The notes under the pieces are model-generated. The model was not told the DNA's origin. It was given only the letters and a program-made list of their open reading frames with translations, and made no database searches. Made by a program: the position numbers and the translations under genes. Shown here piece by piece: positions 29,563 to 40,186 of a DNA stretch of 64,000 nt. The stretch lies in assembly GCA_965202725.1 (NCBI GenBank), contig OZ241845.1, positions 794,640-858,639 of the forward strand. The letters run 5' to 3'. Each line of letters opens with the position of its first letter. Within the stretch, counting starts at the first letter, position 1. The stretch comes from Candidatus Poribacteria bacterium (GTDB lineage Bacteria > Poribacteria > WGA-4E > WGA-3G).

Positions 29563-29741
29563 GGCTTACAGAATACTATTTCTGTCTTATGTGTTCCCAC
29601 GGCGTTCTTGGCAAATTCGGTTGTGGGAGCACAGGCAAGGCATAAGTGGGATCGAACCATCCACCTAAATGGTGTTCCATGCCCATATGCGTCAGTTACC
29701 TCGGTTCACCACCCTCTATCCCAATTTTGAAGATTTGTAAA

Positions 29742-30143
29742 TTAATTTCCTGCACATCGCCCGCTTGAATGTAAAGGTGATCGTCTCCTCGTGGTGCCCA
29801 GGCAAGACTCACAACTTTCGGACCCGTCAGGAACAATTTGTTGGAGTCCTGTGCCATCTCGGTTCAGCGTATGGACAGTCTCCGTTTTTATGAAATCCTT
29901 CAGTAGCATCTTATAAAACCAAGGAAAGGCAAGTTTCTTTCCCGAGGGAGACAAGGCAACACCCCCGTCCATCCAAGAAGGTCTTACCGGTTTGGGGAAG
30001 AGCCCTTCCTGATTACGCGCGCTGACGTTAAGAATACTAATTTGCACACGTTCGGGAATTCCAGTGAGAAAAGCGAGATCTTTGCCATCTGGTGACCCGC
30101 CGGGGCGGCTTAGATTTCCATCACCTGCATTAATTACACACAT
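29742..30143 (-). pseudogene. TolB-like PD40 beta-propeller remnant (short fragment)
   Basis: Contains only two PD40-like repeats (SPDGKDLAF, SPSGKKLAF). 134 aa, with no signal peptide or N-terminal domain. The longer listed ORF collides with the start of the next gene. Confidence 0.3.
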
Positions 30144-30188
30144 TGCGGAAAATATCAACTTATCCCTCTCTTTTTTTTCAAAAAAAAA

Positions 30189-30217
30189 TTGAAGATGTGA
30201 TAAAATGTTTATAAAAT
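30189..30217 (+). promoter_or_regulatory. sigma70-like promoter (TTGAAG, 17 bp, TAAAAT) with T9-A9 palindrome upstream and AAGGAGGG RBS downstream
   Basis: Seen directly in the sequence, 29 bp upstream of the ATG at 30246. Confidence 0.4.
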
Positions 30218-30245
30218 CCCAGCTAATTGTACAAGGAGGGCGTTG

Positions 30246-32432
30246 ATGATTATCAAAGTTGATGAAAGTTATCGCCATAAAAGGGACCAGACGGAACACG
30301 AACTCTTCGCAGCCGTTGATCAGAATACACCCGATGCTAGCAAAACACCCCTTTTCCCCCAAGATGAACCCCAAACATTTACGTTCCATCTCGATAAGGC
30401 GCTCATTCAGCGTTTGAACCTCTGGGAGTGGTTTCGCAACTACGCCAAAGAAGCACAAGTTTCGACTGCAGGTATCCGCGGACCGCAAAATATTTTATAC
30501 CCGTGGGACACCCGCTTCCCCATTAATCAAATCGGAATTATCTTGGCGACACTCGGCAAAAGTCTTGTCGCTAACGAAACCTCAGATGGAAAACAAGTTG
30601 AGAAAATTGCAGGGTGCGAAGTCCGTTACAACTCGCAAAAATATGTTGAGTTCATCGCCCGCATCCAAGCCGCACAAGGCATTCGTACCTACGTACCGAA
30701 AGCGTTTGGAACGCTGCCTATCTGGATGGCATCTTTTTTAATTTTCATGTTGGATCTCGACGGGGGCGAGCATGTTACATCAAGCCACTCCGTCAGCACT
30801 AAAAACGCGACGAAAGACCTCAACAATCAGGGAAGTCAATACCTACCCGAAGAGTCCATGCGGTTTGTTAAAAAGATTGAAGATATTCTCAAAACCGCTG
30901 AAGTAGACGGCTATCCTATTCAGTTCAGTGCTGTTACCGACCCTCACATCGATTTTGAACGATTAGATGAACTCCACGACGGCGTGCCGCTTTATGTCGG
31001 TTATCTCAAAAATGGGGTCGCTACAGATGCCAACATTAGCCTCATCCGCGAAGTTAAACCGTCGATTGTTATCGATTGTGTTGGGGGATGTATGTATCGT
31101 CCGATGCGTGCTATCTTTGAGCGGTTAGGCATTGCGGATTCTGTTAACTGGCTACACGTCGAAGCAGACCCACTTTATCACAACATCGGGAAACTCAATC
31201 GGAATCCGAAGACCAACGAGGCTGAATTTTATGATCTCGGCTGCGATTTTAGTATCCTTGATGTCGTCACGTCCACGGATTATGCAACGAAACTCAAAGC
31301 ACAACCGGTTGGGACAATTATTGAAGCGACCGATCCAGATGGCGATAGACTTGTCGTCTGTGAGATAGAAGATGCATCGCGGGCGGAAATATTAGAGCAT
31401 CTCGGGGTTGATTTTCTTGATCTCGGCGATAATAGGCTGTTAACGATTTACACGCCGAATCAGGCGTTTCTCATGTTGATGGACTTCCATGCGAAGCAAC
31501 TCAAAACTGCTGGGCTCTGGGAAAACCATCCGCGGTTCATGATTAAGACAACGCCTTCTGCACTCGCTTGGGACCAATGGGGTGTTGCGAACGATGTTAA
31601 AGTCATTAACGTACCGGTCGGTTTCAAGGAAATTGCCGCCATTATGAAAAAAATTGAACGGCAGATCGCTGATGCCCCAGACACCCCGGTCGTTATCCAA
31701 GATGTCTACGGCGAAACGATTTCACTCGCTGTACACCCTCGGCTTATCTTTGCGGGTGAAGAGAGCGGCGGAATGATTACCGGGCCCGAAGAACTCATTC
31801 GGAGCCAAGGCGGACGCACTGCTATTGCGATGCGTGAGAAGTCGGCAGGCGAATCCATGGTGCTTCTCACGGCACTCGCTGCGCATTGTAAACAGGAAAA
31901 TATACCCTTGTCTGATTACCTTGCCGCTGTTTTTGCCGAAAGTCAAATCACTGCAACGTGTGATGTCAGGGAGGACATTACATATTACAATGAATCTGAA
32001 CCGAACCCGGAAAAACTGCGCGCAGCAAAGCTGAAAGGTGAAGCAAAACGCGACAAAAACGATCTGTTTTTCCTGGGTATAGCCATTGCGCGCCGCGATG
32101 GAAAAATAAACATGGATCAGGCACGGGCAATCCTTTCAGATGCCCTGCCGGATCTCGATTTTGATGACCTTGAGGATGTTCGGTTTGTGGGAGATGGAAG
32201 TTATCTCAGATTTCGTGATAAGTGTGTTGAGGTCCGAAAATCCGGCACGGATGCAAAAACCAAAGCCTACGCTTCTGGCAGTGATAAGGAAGAGTGCCGG
32301 AAATTTGCCAAAGTCTTCGGTGAGGCAAGCGGTGAATTAACCGAACTTTATACCGAACAAATAGGTCAGAATTACTTAGACAGTGTTGAAAATAGAGCAC
32401 GGCAGATTTATGAGGCTTTTCAGTTAGGTTAA
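30246..32432 (+). CDS. large (728 aa) divergent alpha-D-phosphohexomutase-superfamily-like protein
   Basis: TSSHSV at the position of the catalytic TASHNP serine loop. DPDGDR matches the DxDxDR Mg site. GEESGG matches the GEESxG sugar loop. Roughly 200 aa longer than canonical PGM/PMM enzymes. Confidence 0.45.
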   Translation: MIIKVDESYRHKRDQTEHELFAAVDQNTPDASKTPLFPQDEPQTFTFHLDKALIQRLNLWEWFRNYAKEAQVSTAGIRGPQNILYPWDTRFPINQIGIILATLGKSLVANETSDGKQVEKIAGCEVRYNSQKYVEFIARIQAAQGIRTYVPKAFGTLPIWMASFLIFMLDLDGGEHVTSSHSVSTKNATKDLNNQGSQYLPEESMRFVKKIEDILKTAEVDGYPIQFSAVTDPHIDFERLDELHDGVPLYVGYLKNGVATDANISLIREVKPSIVIDCVGGCMYRPMRAIFERLGIADSVNWLHVEADPLYHNIGKLNRNPKTNEAEFYDLGCDFSILDVVTSTDYATKLKAQPVGTIIEATDPDGDRLVVCEIEDASRAEILEHLGVDFLDLGDNRLLTIYTPNQAFLMLMDFHAKQLKTAGLWENHPRFMIKTTPSALAWDQWGVANDVKVINVPVGFKEIAAIMKKIERQIADAPDTPVVIQDVYGETISLAVHPRLIFAGEESGGMITGPEELIRSQGGRTAIAMREKSAGESMVLLTALAAHCKQENIPLSDYLAAVFAESQITATCDVREDITYYNESEPNPEKLRAAKLKGEAKRDKNDLFFLGIAIARRDGKINMDQARAILSDALPDLDFDDLEDVRFVGDGSYLRFRDKCVEVRKSGTDAKTKAYASGSDKEECRKFAKVFGEASGELTELYTEQIGQNYLDSVENRARQIYEAFQLG

Positions 32433-32538
32433 TAGCAGCCAGCAGCCAGTGGTCAGAAAGAGGATGTAACTTTGCCAGAAACCTCTTGCTTGTCGGTTGA
32501 AAGCCGACGGCTGATGGCTAATTAAGAAGGAGATTATT

Positions 32539-33600
32539 ATGTTCAGAACGATTATCACCTTATTCGGCGTAGTGTTCCTTTTTCCTTTTGCAACAGTCAC
32601 TCATGCAGAATGGATTGTCCTCCGCGAAGACGATATCCTCCGCAGCGACGGCATTGAAGGGATGTTACACGATGTCTATTTCACGGATAACCAGAATGGG
32701 TTGGTCGTTGGGGATAACGGTTTAATATTAGGGACAACCGACGGCGGTACGACCTGGGAGAGAATGGAAGTTGATATGCGGCCGCCGGGGACAGGACAAA
32801 GACGAGGGGGGCCTCCAGCCGGTATGTTCGGCGGTGGCGGGGCTTCACCGCTCTATCATATCTATTTTATGGATGAAAACGCAGGATACATAATCGGCGG
32901 CAGAGGCACTATCTTAAAAACCGAAGACGGCGGTAAAACTTGGGCGCGGAAAATGGCACGCAGCGATAACCCCGGACGTGGGGGCAGAGGCGGAGGCATG
33001 CGCGCAAATTTGATGGGCATCCAGATGATTAGTGAAACTACGGGGTTCATCGCCGGATCAGAGAATACAATCCTCAAAACAACCGATGGCGGCGAAACCT
33101 GGATCGGTAGCTCCGAACGGGCACGCGTCGGCGAAACCCGGAACAATCTTGAAGGTCTTTGGTTCGTTTCTCCCACAACGGGATGGGTTATCGGTTCATT
33201 TGGAACACTCATGCATACCACCGATGGCGGCGAAACTTGGGAGAAACGCAATCCAGGTTTTGATAATAACCTCTTCGGTATTCACTTCCTTGATGAAAAC
33301 ACCGGCTGGATTTGTGGACAGGAGGGTTTAATACTGCATACCATTGATGGCGGTGCGACGTGGAACCAGCAAAAAACCGAGTCATACGACGATCTCCACG
33401 ATATTACCTTTGTCGACGCAAAGGTCGGTTGGGCAGTCGGCGGGTTCAACGTTGTTCTGCAAACCACCGACGGCGGTCAGACATGGGCGACATCGAATAT
33501 ACCCGGAGCCGCAAATCTCAAGGGCGTTCATGCCACCGATCAGAACCACTGTTGGACGGTTAACGATTGGGGGGTCATCGCAGGATACAAGGCGCCGTAG
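32539..33600 (+). CDS. secreted BNR/Asp-box beta-propeller protein (Ycf48-like), with Gly/Arg-rich low-complexity inserts
   Basis: Signal peptide. Six repeats of T(T/E)DGG.TW. Inserts GGPPAGMFGGGGAS and GRGGRGGGMR. Confidence 0.6.
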   Translation: MFRTIITLFGVVFLFPFATVTHAEWIVLREDDILRSDGIEGMLHDVYFTDNQNGLVVGDNGLILGTTDGGTTWERMEVDMRPPGTGQRRGGPPAGMFGGGGASPLYHIYFMDENAGYIIGGRGTILKTEDGGKTWARKMARSDNPGRGGRGGGMRANLMGIQMISETTGFIAGSENTILKTTDGGETWIGSSERARVGETRNNLEGLWFVSPTTGWVIGSFGTLMHTTDGGETWEKRNPGFDNNLFGIHFLDENTGWICGQEGLILHTIDGGATWNQQKTESYDDLHDITFVDAKVGWAVGGFNVVLQTTDGGQTWATSNIPGAANLKGVHATDQNHCWTVNDWGVIAGYKAP

Positions 33601-33764
33601 CTATTCGTCATCAGTTGTCAGGTGTTGGTTCATCGTTGATAGGTTTTTGGTAATAATTTACTTCTCCATAGCGTACAGCGTACACCAAGCACGGATAAAT
33701 TGTTACCAATCGCCTCTTAACCACCCCCCGCCCCTGATAACTGGCAACCATTCAAGGAGAAGCA

Positions 33765-34976
33765 ATGTCAGAACTGAAGAACCATAAAGTTACAATGCTC
33801 GGCACGGGACTCATCGGAATGTTTTATACGATGACCCTCCACAACCAACGTGGGACGGACCGAGTTCAAAGTGTCTATTCTCGACGCGAAGAACGCGCAA
33901 CGGCGTTTGCTAAAGAGTGGAACATCCCTCACGCAACAACCGATTTAGCAGCGGCTATAAACCACCCTGTGACGGACACTGTTGTCATCGGGCTACCCAA
34001 CAACTTACACCTGAGAGCCGTCGAACTGGCTGCGGCAGCTAGGAAAAGCATTCTCTGCACAAAACCGCTTGGACGTACTGCGGAAGAAGCGAAAGCGATG
34101 TTGGACATCGTTGAAAGCACAGGGGTGTTTGCGGGGTATCTTGAAGACCTCGTCTATCCTCCCAAAACCCTCAAAGCGTTGGAGTCTGTACAAAACGGGG
34201 CACTCGGTAAGATTTTGTGGGTGCGTTCCCGAGAGACGCATCCGGGGCCCCACAGCGACTGGTTCTGGGATCTCGAACAAGCGGGTGGCGGTGCCATCGT
34301 TGATATGGGATGCCACTGCATCGAGATCATCCGAAACTTTGTTGGGAAAAACAACAGGCCGGTTGAGGTGATGTGCTGGGCGGATACACTCGTGCATCCG
34401 ATTGATGCGGAAGATCACGGCATCGCACTCATCCGATTTGAGAGCGGAGCGATGGGCCAATTCGAGGTCGGCTGGGCGTTCCGCGGCGGCATGGATTTAC
34501 GCGATGAGGTCTCTGGTAGCGAGGGAACTATCTGGCTCAATCACTGGCTCCGCACAGGCTTTGAGATATTCACGGCTGTGGGACAAGGGGGCTATGTCGC
34601 TGAGAAAGCAGAAAGTGATACAGGGTGGCTCTTCCCCGTCGGTGATGAGATCGCAGAACTCGGCTATCGGGATATGTTCCTTGATATGTTCAACGCCATC
34701 GACGAAGGACGGGAGCCTATGGAAACCTTCTACGACGGTTATGTGGTCAACGCTATCATAGATGCCTGCTATAAATCGGCGAATTCCAAACAGTGGGAAT
34801 CGGTTGAAATTCAGGATTGGCGAGGCACGACAGAAGCCACCGGTACACAAGTCAGTGAATCGGAGGCTGATGAACGCTATGCCCACCTCAAAGACGAGCG
34901 CATGCCTGACGGCAGAATGAAGCGGATCTTCAGGGATCGAGACACCGGACAGATTATTGAACGCGTGGAAGATTAA
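33765..34976 (+). CDS. Gfo/Idh/MocA-family NAD(P)-dependent oxidoreductase
   Basis: N-terminal [13 protein letters not shown] Rossmann motif, and the EKP-like region (CTKPLG). 403 aa. Confidence 0.7.
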   Translation: MSELKNHKVTMLGTGLIGMFYTMTLHNQRGTDRVQSVYSRREERATAFAKEWNIPHATTDLAAAINHPVTDTVVIGLPNNLHLRAVELAAAARKSILCTKPLGRTAEEAKAMLDIVESTGVFAGYLEDLVYPPKTLKALESVQNGALGKILWVRSRETHPGPHSDWFWDLEQAGGGAIVDMGCHCIEIIRNFVGKNNRPVEVMCWADTLVHPIDAEDHGIALIRFESGAMGQFEVGWAFRGGMDLRDEVSGSEGTIWLNHWLRTGFEIFTAVGQGGYVAEKAESDTGWLFPVGDEIAELGYRDMFLDMFNAIDEGREPMETFYDGYVVNAIIDACYKSANSKQWESVEIQDWRGTTEATGTQVSESEADERYAHLKDERMPDGRMKRIFRDRDTGQIIERVED

Positions 34977-35175
34977 GAGAAGTAGGCGATTGCGGTGGGG
35001 TGGTCTTATAGAAACGCCACAAGCGTTGGACATCTTCGGTGTATCCCACCGCGACTGGTTAATTCTACAACAAAAGACAATTTTTGGCAACACCTTTTTT
35101 TGACGTTCGCACGAGCGTTACGGGGATGGACCCAAAGCCTAAAGGAAACCTGGGAGTGTGAGAGAAGTCCTTTCA

Positions 35176-35847
35176 TCATTCATATCCTGATGGCGGCGTA
35201 TAGCCTGCTGCGTGAAGCTCTTCCAAGAGTATCTGCCAGTAGGATAACGCCTGTTCTCTGCTGTCAAATGCAGGTGTACCTTCCCAAGGCGTTTTGGCGT
35301 TAATAAACTCGCTTTTCATTTTTTCTAACAGGATCGCCTGTTTTTCTACAGGCAGTGTCTTGAGCTGATTCGCAAGCACTAGATAGGCTTCTTTCTGGAG
35401 TCTCGCACCCTCTTCTCGGGCGATGCGTGCCGCTTCTATGAGTTCCTTTGCGGAATCGCTTTCTGCGGGTTCATGCGAAGGCTTTGGCTCGGATTCCTCT
35501 TGTTGATAATGTGTTGGCGGGTCGGTGTCCGACACCTCTTGTTCACTGGGCTCAAGCGTGTCTGTGATTCGTGTGTCCGTTGTTTCGGCAGGTGTTTCTA
35601 TTTCCACATCTTCCTTTTCTGGCGGGGATTGCCTATCAGCCGCGTTTCCATGTTTGACAGTGACGTGCCCCTCGACACTCCCGATGTCCGGTGGGCTATT
35701 GGGGCTGATCGGAGTTATCTGATAGATCGTCTTAGGTGTCGCGTTGATTCTTTTCTCAGCCGGACGCTGAACCCCGAAATACCATAGGGCGATCGCACCG
35801 ATTAAGGATACAAACAGTATGAGCGTGAAAGACGTTTTCATTTTCAA
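35176..35847 (-). CDS. hypothetical membrane-anchored/secreted protein with acidic Pro/Glu/Thr-rich low-complexity region
   Basis: N-terminal TM MKMKTSFTLILFVSLIGAIALWYF. Acidic PEKEDVEIETPAETTDT region. Confidence 0.4.
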   Translation of the reverse strand: MKMKTSFTLILFVSLIGAIALWYFGVQRPAEKRINATPKTIYQITPISPNSPPDIGSVEGHVTVKHGNAADRQSPPEKEDVEIETPAETTDTRITDTLEPSEQEVSDTDPPTHYQQEESEPKPSHEPAESDSAKELIEAARIAREEGARLQKEAYLVLANQLKTLPVEKQAILLEKMKSEFINAKTPWEGTPAFDSREQALSYWQILLEELHAAGYTPPSGYE

Positions 35848-36522
35848 TCTCCTTCGTAAAAGTTAAAACGTTAGCGGTCAGAGAGGGTATTCGTTTGGGG
35901 TGGCGGAACACGGAGATCTGTACGTGCCCCGCGATCTACCTTTGATCTTTCAATTGCAAGGTCCCGAAAGAAAACAAGGAAGGCACCAAAACAGACCGAA
36001 ATAACAAGTAAAATTATGACTATCTTGCGCCAGAAGTCCTTTTGCTGACGCTCACGGATTTTCCGTTCAAGGGTTTTCATAGATAATTTTTCCTGAGGGT
36101 AAACCCCGTCCATAAAAAAACGGGCGGGGTTCTCTTTCGGATAGCATCTACCTTAGCTACAGCTGCCGTTGTTATCATGAGGCTGACACTTTCAAAAATA
36201 TTGTCCCAAAAACACAAAAATGTGTCCAGAGAAAAAATCACACCCGCATACGCCCGCAAAACTGCGTTTTTGAAGGTTTCCGCCCAGTGTTCAGCGGCCT
36301 TTCGACTCAGCACCCCGTTTCTGACGGATATATAGGCTTTTGATTTTCGTTGTGCTGCTTTTTGCGGGTCCGTTGGGTATCCGTAGCCACCGCAAATCGT
36401 GTCAACCGACCCCAATCATCACGTCCATGGGGCGACTTTGGTTGTTTCCGGATAAAAACACCCGCAAGGTGTCCCCAGGGCGTTACAACGCATGACTCAC
36501 CGGCAACTTCGGTGCTTCTCTG

Positions 36523-36536
36523 TATATATATATATA
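36523..36536. repeat. (TA)7 dinucleotide microsatellite in a ~1-kb intergenic region
   Basis: tgTATATATATATATAca. Confidence 0.8.
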
Positions 36537-36965
36537 CACATTGAAAAAAAGTTTAGGGTGGTTTTCGTTTTTTTTTGCAAACGGGTGTCCGTCTTCGGCG
36601 AACCACTTTAAGCCAACCAAAATTTTCAAGGATTGCCGGAGGAAGGCAAACAGAAAGGTTCAGGTGATTTGCTTTCATGGCAATCCTTCTATATTCTGAT
36701 ATAAGGTGCTAACTTAAAAAGTTGAAAAATCTTGTGTTTTCGTTACAATTTAGGTGAGCTCAGTCATCCCGGTTCTGTGACTGAGCAGTGTCGATGGGTG
36801 CTCTTATCATCCTCGGCGCACCTCAAAAAATTTTAGAGGCAGCGATGTCCAAAAACGATTTTACCCGATATGGTAAAAATCACCAACAAAAAATATCGGA
36901 GGGGGTTATCGGACGCCGAAGAGCCGGATCACCCAATTGCCTTTCAATGAACTGTTAGTTTTTAA

Positions 36966-37094
36966 GGGTTTTCGAAAAAATAATGTTTTCGCCAAATTTT
37001 TGAGATACGCGTATGTGGTGCGCTATCTAACCCATACGATTCGCCTAAGTTCTCAATTATACAGCGGCATCATTTCATTACTTATAGCGAAAAC
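36966..37094. repeat. MITE-like ~130-bp dispersed element (copy 2)
   Basis: Aligns with 7580-7706. The internal REP hairpin is degenerate here. Confidence 0.6.
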
Positions 37095-37098
37095 CCTC

Positions 37099-37232
37099 AA
37101 AATAGGTGATCCTCTAAGTCGGGAGGTATTCCAAATGCGTAGAATGCTAACAGTCATCGCTTTCTTACTCTATCTGGGCGTAAGCTGTTTCGTTGCGTTT
37201 AAAACAGAGGGCCTCCATTAGCAAAATTGGAG
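37099..37232 (+). repeat. 'empty cassette' copy of the LamG locus: 5' 100 bp (RBS + signal peptide) fused directly to the 3' 33 bp (KTEGLH-stop + trailer)
   Basis: 37099-37198 equals 37371-37470 (2 mismatches). 37199-37231 equals 38144-38176 (1 mismatch). It encodes the 28-aa MRRMLTVIAFLLYLGVSCFVAFKTEGLH. Confidence 0.7.
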
Positions 37233-37406
37233 CTGGCTGACGCTTGCCTTGCTCAGTACAAGGGTTTTCCTGTACTCATATAAAAGAAACATAGTTGCCG
37301 AAAAAAGTTAGTGGCAAAATCTCACTTTATTTGATATAGTAGAAGAAAATCTTTTAAATTCGATACAAATAAAATAGGTGATCCTCTAAGTCGGGAGGTA
37401 TTCCAA

Positions 37407-38165
37407 ATGCGTAGAATGCTAACAGTCATCGCTTTCTTACTCTATCTGGGTGTAAGCTGTTTCGCTGCGTTCGAAGAGGAGACAGTATTATTATATCTCT
37501 TTGATGAAGAGACAGGCGATGAAGCGACAGACCTGTCCGAATTTGAGAATCATGGTGAAATCATTGATGCTGAATGGACAGAGGATGGGAAAAAAGGGGG
37601 CGCGCTCGTCTTTGATGGTACGAGCACTCTCATTGAAGTTCCACATCACGAGAGCCTCCTTCCCGGCGGCGATGAACTGACAATCGAAGCCTGGTTCAAG
37701 CCGAATTCGTTTCCGGCTGGCCATCCACCGATTGCAAGGAAAGGCTCTGTTGCTGAAAGTGGATGGGGTTTTGATACACCCGGGGGCCAAATTCGCGGAT
37801 TCGTCTACACCGCACCCGGGGCCGCCGCCGTTGCCCAAGGGACAACACAGCTGAAATTGGATACATGGCACCACGTCGCTATGGTGTACGACGGCACAGA
37901 GCTTCGCATCTATCTTGATGGTGAACAAGATGGACAAGCTGATCGAAAAGGAGACATCAACGAGAATCAAGCCTCGGTCTGGATTGGTAAGAAAGCAAAC
38001 GAAAGTGTCTGGCTTGATGGTACGCTTGATGAACTCCGTATTCTCAACATCGCACTTACCGAAGAACAGATTCAGGAAGATATGGAAGGCATCTCGTTTG
38101 CTGTCGAAGTTCCTGGAAAACTCACAACCACGTGGGGACGGATTAAAACGGAGGGCCTCCATTAG
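37407..38165 (+). CDS. secreted LamG-like jelly-roll domain protein with conserved C-terminal GKLTTTWG tail
   Basis: Signal peptide. WFKPN...WHHVAMVYDGTELRIYLDG is a LamG signature. C-terminus is PGKLTTTWGRIKTEGLH. Confidence 0.6.
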   Translation: MRRMLTVIAFLLYLGVSCFAAFEEETVLLYLFDEETGDEATDLSEFENHGEIIDAEWTEDGKKGGALVFDGTSTLIEVPHHESLLPGGDELTIEAWFKPNSFPAGHPPIARKGSVAESGWGFDTPGGQIRGFVYTAPGAAAVAQGTTQLKLDTWHHVAMVYDGTELRIYLDGEQDGQADRKGDINENQASVWIGKKANESVWLDGTLDELRILNIALTEEQIQEDMEGISFAVEVPGKLTTTWGRIKTEGLH

Positions 38166-38185
38166 CAAAATTGGAGAGGATAACA

Positions 38186-39037
38186 ATGGACACAAGTTGG
38201 CTTGAATACTGCGCGACTGACCGGCAACTCAAAGCGTTCAACGATACCGGTTACCTCGTCGTTGAGGACGCTATAAGTCATGACATGACAGATGCCTTGG
38301 AGGCAGTCGCAGATCGGCTTGATGCAGAAGAACGCGCGAAGACGGGACTGGCACCCCATGCCTTGATGTCAAAGTTCCGTACTGTCATCGAGGATGATAT
38401 CCTGCTGGATCTGCTCGATAATAAAAAGGTTTTCCCACTGCTTTGGGACATTCTCGGTTGGAACATCCAACTTTACATCTCACACCTTATCATGTATCCA
38501 CCCGAACCTCCCGATACTCCTCGCGTTGCGAAAGCCGCACATTGGCATCAGGACGGGGGAAGACCTGTGTCAGAGATGGAGCGACCCCATCCGCGCCTTT
38601 CATTGAAGGTGAGTTACTGGTTAAGTGATGTGACTGACCGAGATAACGGCGCAATGCGTCTGATTCCCGGGAGCCATAAACTCGACACCCGACCGCGCAA
38701 TACGGACGACAACCCGGATGGGGATCCAGAAGGTGCGATAGATCTGCTCGTCAAGCGGGGCACAGCTGTTCTTTTCGATAGACGGATGTGGCACTCACGC
38801 GGTTGGAATTTCTCCGATGTAACTCGGAAAGTCTTATTTATGGGGTATAGTTATCGTTGGCTACGGGGTTTAGATTATAATCTTATGCCACCGGAGCTTC
38901 TTGAGAAATGCGACCCGATTCGGCGGCAGCTCCTGGGGGATGGTGTAAACATTAAAGGCTGGTGGCAACCGACGGACGCTGATGTGCCTTTGAAAGCATG
39001 GATCGCAACACATCGCGGTGAGGCGTATTTACGGTAA
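38186..39037 (+). CDS. phytanoyl-CoA dioxygenase (PhyH)-family Fe(II)/2-oxoglutarate oxygenase
   Basis: HWHQDGG (H-x-D facial triad), WHSR, about 283 aa. GGAGAGG RBS. Confidence 0.65.
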   Translation: MDTSWLEYCATDRQLKAFNDTGYLVVEDAISHDMTDALEAVADRLDAEERAKTGLAPHALMSKFRTVIEDDILLDLLDNKKVFPLLWDILGWNIQLYISHLIMYPPEPPDTPRVAKAAHWHQDGGRPVSEMERPHPRLSLKVSYWLSDVTDRDNGAMRLIPGSHKLDTRPRNTDDNPDGDPEGAIDLLVKRGTAVLFDRRMWHSRGWNFSDVTRKVLFMGYSYRWLRGLDYNLMPPELLEKCDPIRRQLLGDGVNIKGWWQPTDADVPLKAWIATHRGEAYLR

Positions 39038-39116
39038 GGGCCGGTGGACTGCAAGCGGCAAAATGCCCTATTTCTTGGTAGGCGAGGTTAGGGAACCTCG
39101 CCTACCCAACAGAGCA

Positions 39117-40184
39117 TCACACCAGCGAGTCTTCCCCATCCGTCAACCACGCCAAATCAAACTTCGCAAATGACACCGTTTCATAAGCCTCGCTTTCACC
39201 GCATTCATAGAGGCAACATATCTCCATATCCGAAGCGATACAGAGGTCGGAATACGCCGCAGGCCCTGTATGTAAAACCTTACCACTGTTCCAACTTTGA
39301 CACTCATCATAACTAATGCGAATCGTCATCCGTTCACGATTCATGCTGGCAGGATTAGAGAACAAGACGCGGTTTTTGTCGTATCGGTTTTCATCCGTAT
39401 ACCGCACCGTGCTTGCCTGACAAATCGGCTCAACGAGGGCCTCGGCGTAACCGAATTCCGTGAATGTATCTCCGCCATCGCTACTTCGTGCATAAGCACG
39501 CCGTTTCGGTGCGACATAGTTCCGACAGTTAAAATAGAGGCCGCCATCCACCGTTTCAACGACCGCCGATTCATTCGTCCCGGGTTGCGCCTTACCCCCG
39601 ATCTTCCAAGTTTCGCCGCCGTCGTCGCTAACAATCAGGTGTGAGTAGCCGTATTGCGCGTAGTCTCGGTTGTTCCCAAGCACGTGATCACACGGAATCA
39701 CCAATCTGCCGTTTGCAAGTTGAATCCCGTGGCAGGGCCCCGTCGCGTACCACGTCCACGCTTCATCTTTCGTGGTCCCTGTGATTTCTCGCGGTTCCTC
39801 CCAAGTTTCGCCATCGTCATTGCTGGAGGTGACCCAGACGGTGCGCGGTGCTTCTCTCGCGACAATCTTTCCTTCCGCCCCGTTAGCGAGATTCTTACAA
39901 AAAAGGAGCCAGATTGTACCTGTGTCCCTCTCAACAACCGGTGCTGGGTTGCCGTCCGTATCGCTTCCAGTGGAGACAGCGATTTGCATCGGCTGCCAAC
40001 TCTCACCATTATCGAAACTCCGTTTCAAAACAATATCAATATCTCCTGAATCTCCGCCGCCTGTACGTCTGCCCTCGCAGAACGCCAACAGCGTTCCATC
40101 GTTAGATCGGACAAGCGCGGGAATCCGGAAGGTATGGTATCCTTCCGTTCCGGCTGTGAAAAGTGGACGTTCTGTTTTGTGCAT
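39117..40184 (-). CDS. exo-alpha-sialidase-like (GH33) BNR-repeat protein, no signal peptide
   Basis: N-terminal FRIP motif (YHTFRIPAL). Four Asp-boxes: SFDNGESW, SSNDDGETW, SDDGGETW, SSDGGDTF. Confidence 0.6.
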   Translation of the reverse strand: MHKTERPLFTAGTEGYHTFRIPALVRSNDGTLLAFCEGRRTGGGDSGDIDIVLKRSFDNGESWQPMQIAVSTGSDTDGNPAPVVERDTGTIWLLFCKNLANGAEGKIVAREAPRTVWVTSSNDDGETWEEPREITGTTKDEAWTWYATGPCHGIQLANGRLVIPCDHVLGNNRDYAQYGYSHLIVSDDGGETWKIGGKAQPGTNESAVVETVDGGLYFNCRNYVAPKRRAYARSSDGGDTFTEFGYAEALVEPICQASTVRYTDENRYDKNRVLFSNPASMNRERMTIRISYDECQSWNSGKVLHTGPAAYSDLCIASDMEICCLYECGESEAYETVSFAKFDLAWLTDGEDSLV

Positions 40185-40186
40185 GC

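Noticed and set aside
29600-29720. tRNA-like GGTTCGATCCC (T-arm consensus) on the minus strand next to the TolB fragment, a possible tRNA or integration-site remnant
   Set aside because: I could not fold a canonical cloverleaf: T-stem pairs fail, and there is no D-arm or anticodon arm. At best it is a tRNA-derived fragment, not an annotatable gene.
30144-30488. N-terminal 115 aa of the listed 248-aa minus-strand ORF
   Set aside because: It overlaps the well-supported promoter, RBS and start of the 30246 + gene. Only the distal PD40-like part (29742-30143) is plausibly a gene remnant.
35871-36415. Two overlapping small minus-strand ORFs (80 and 112 aa) downstream of the acidic secreted protein
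   Set aside because: They have weak signals, overlapping frames and no recognisable domains. They could be one frameshifted gene or non-coding. Not called.
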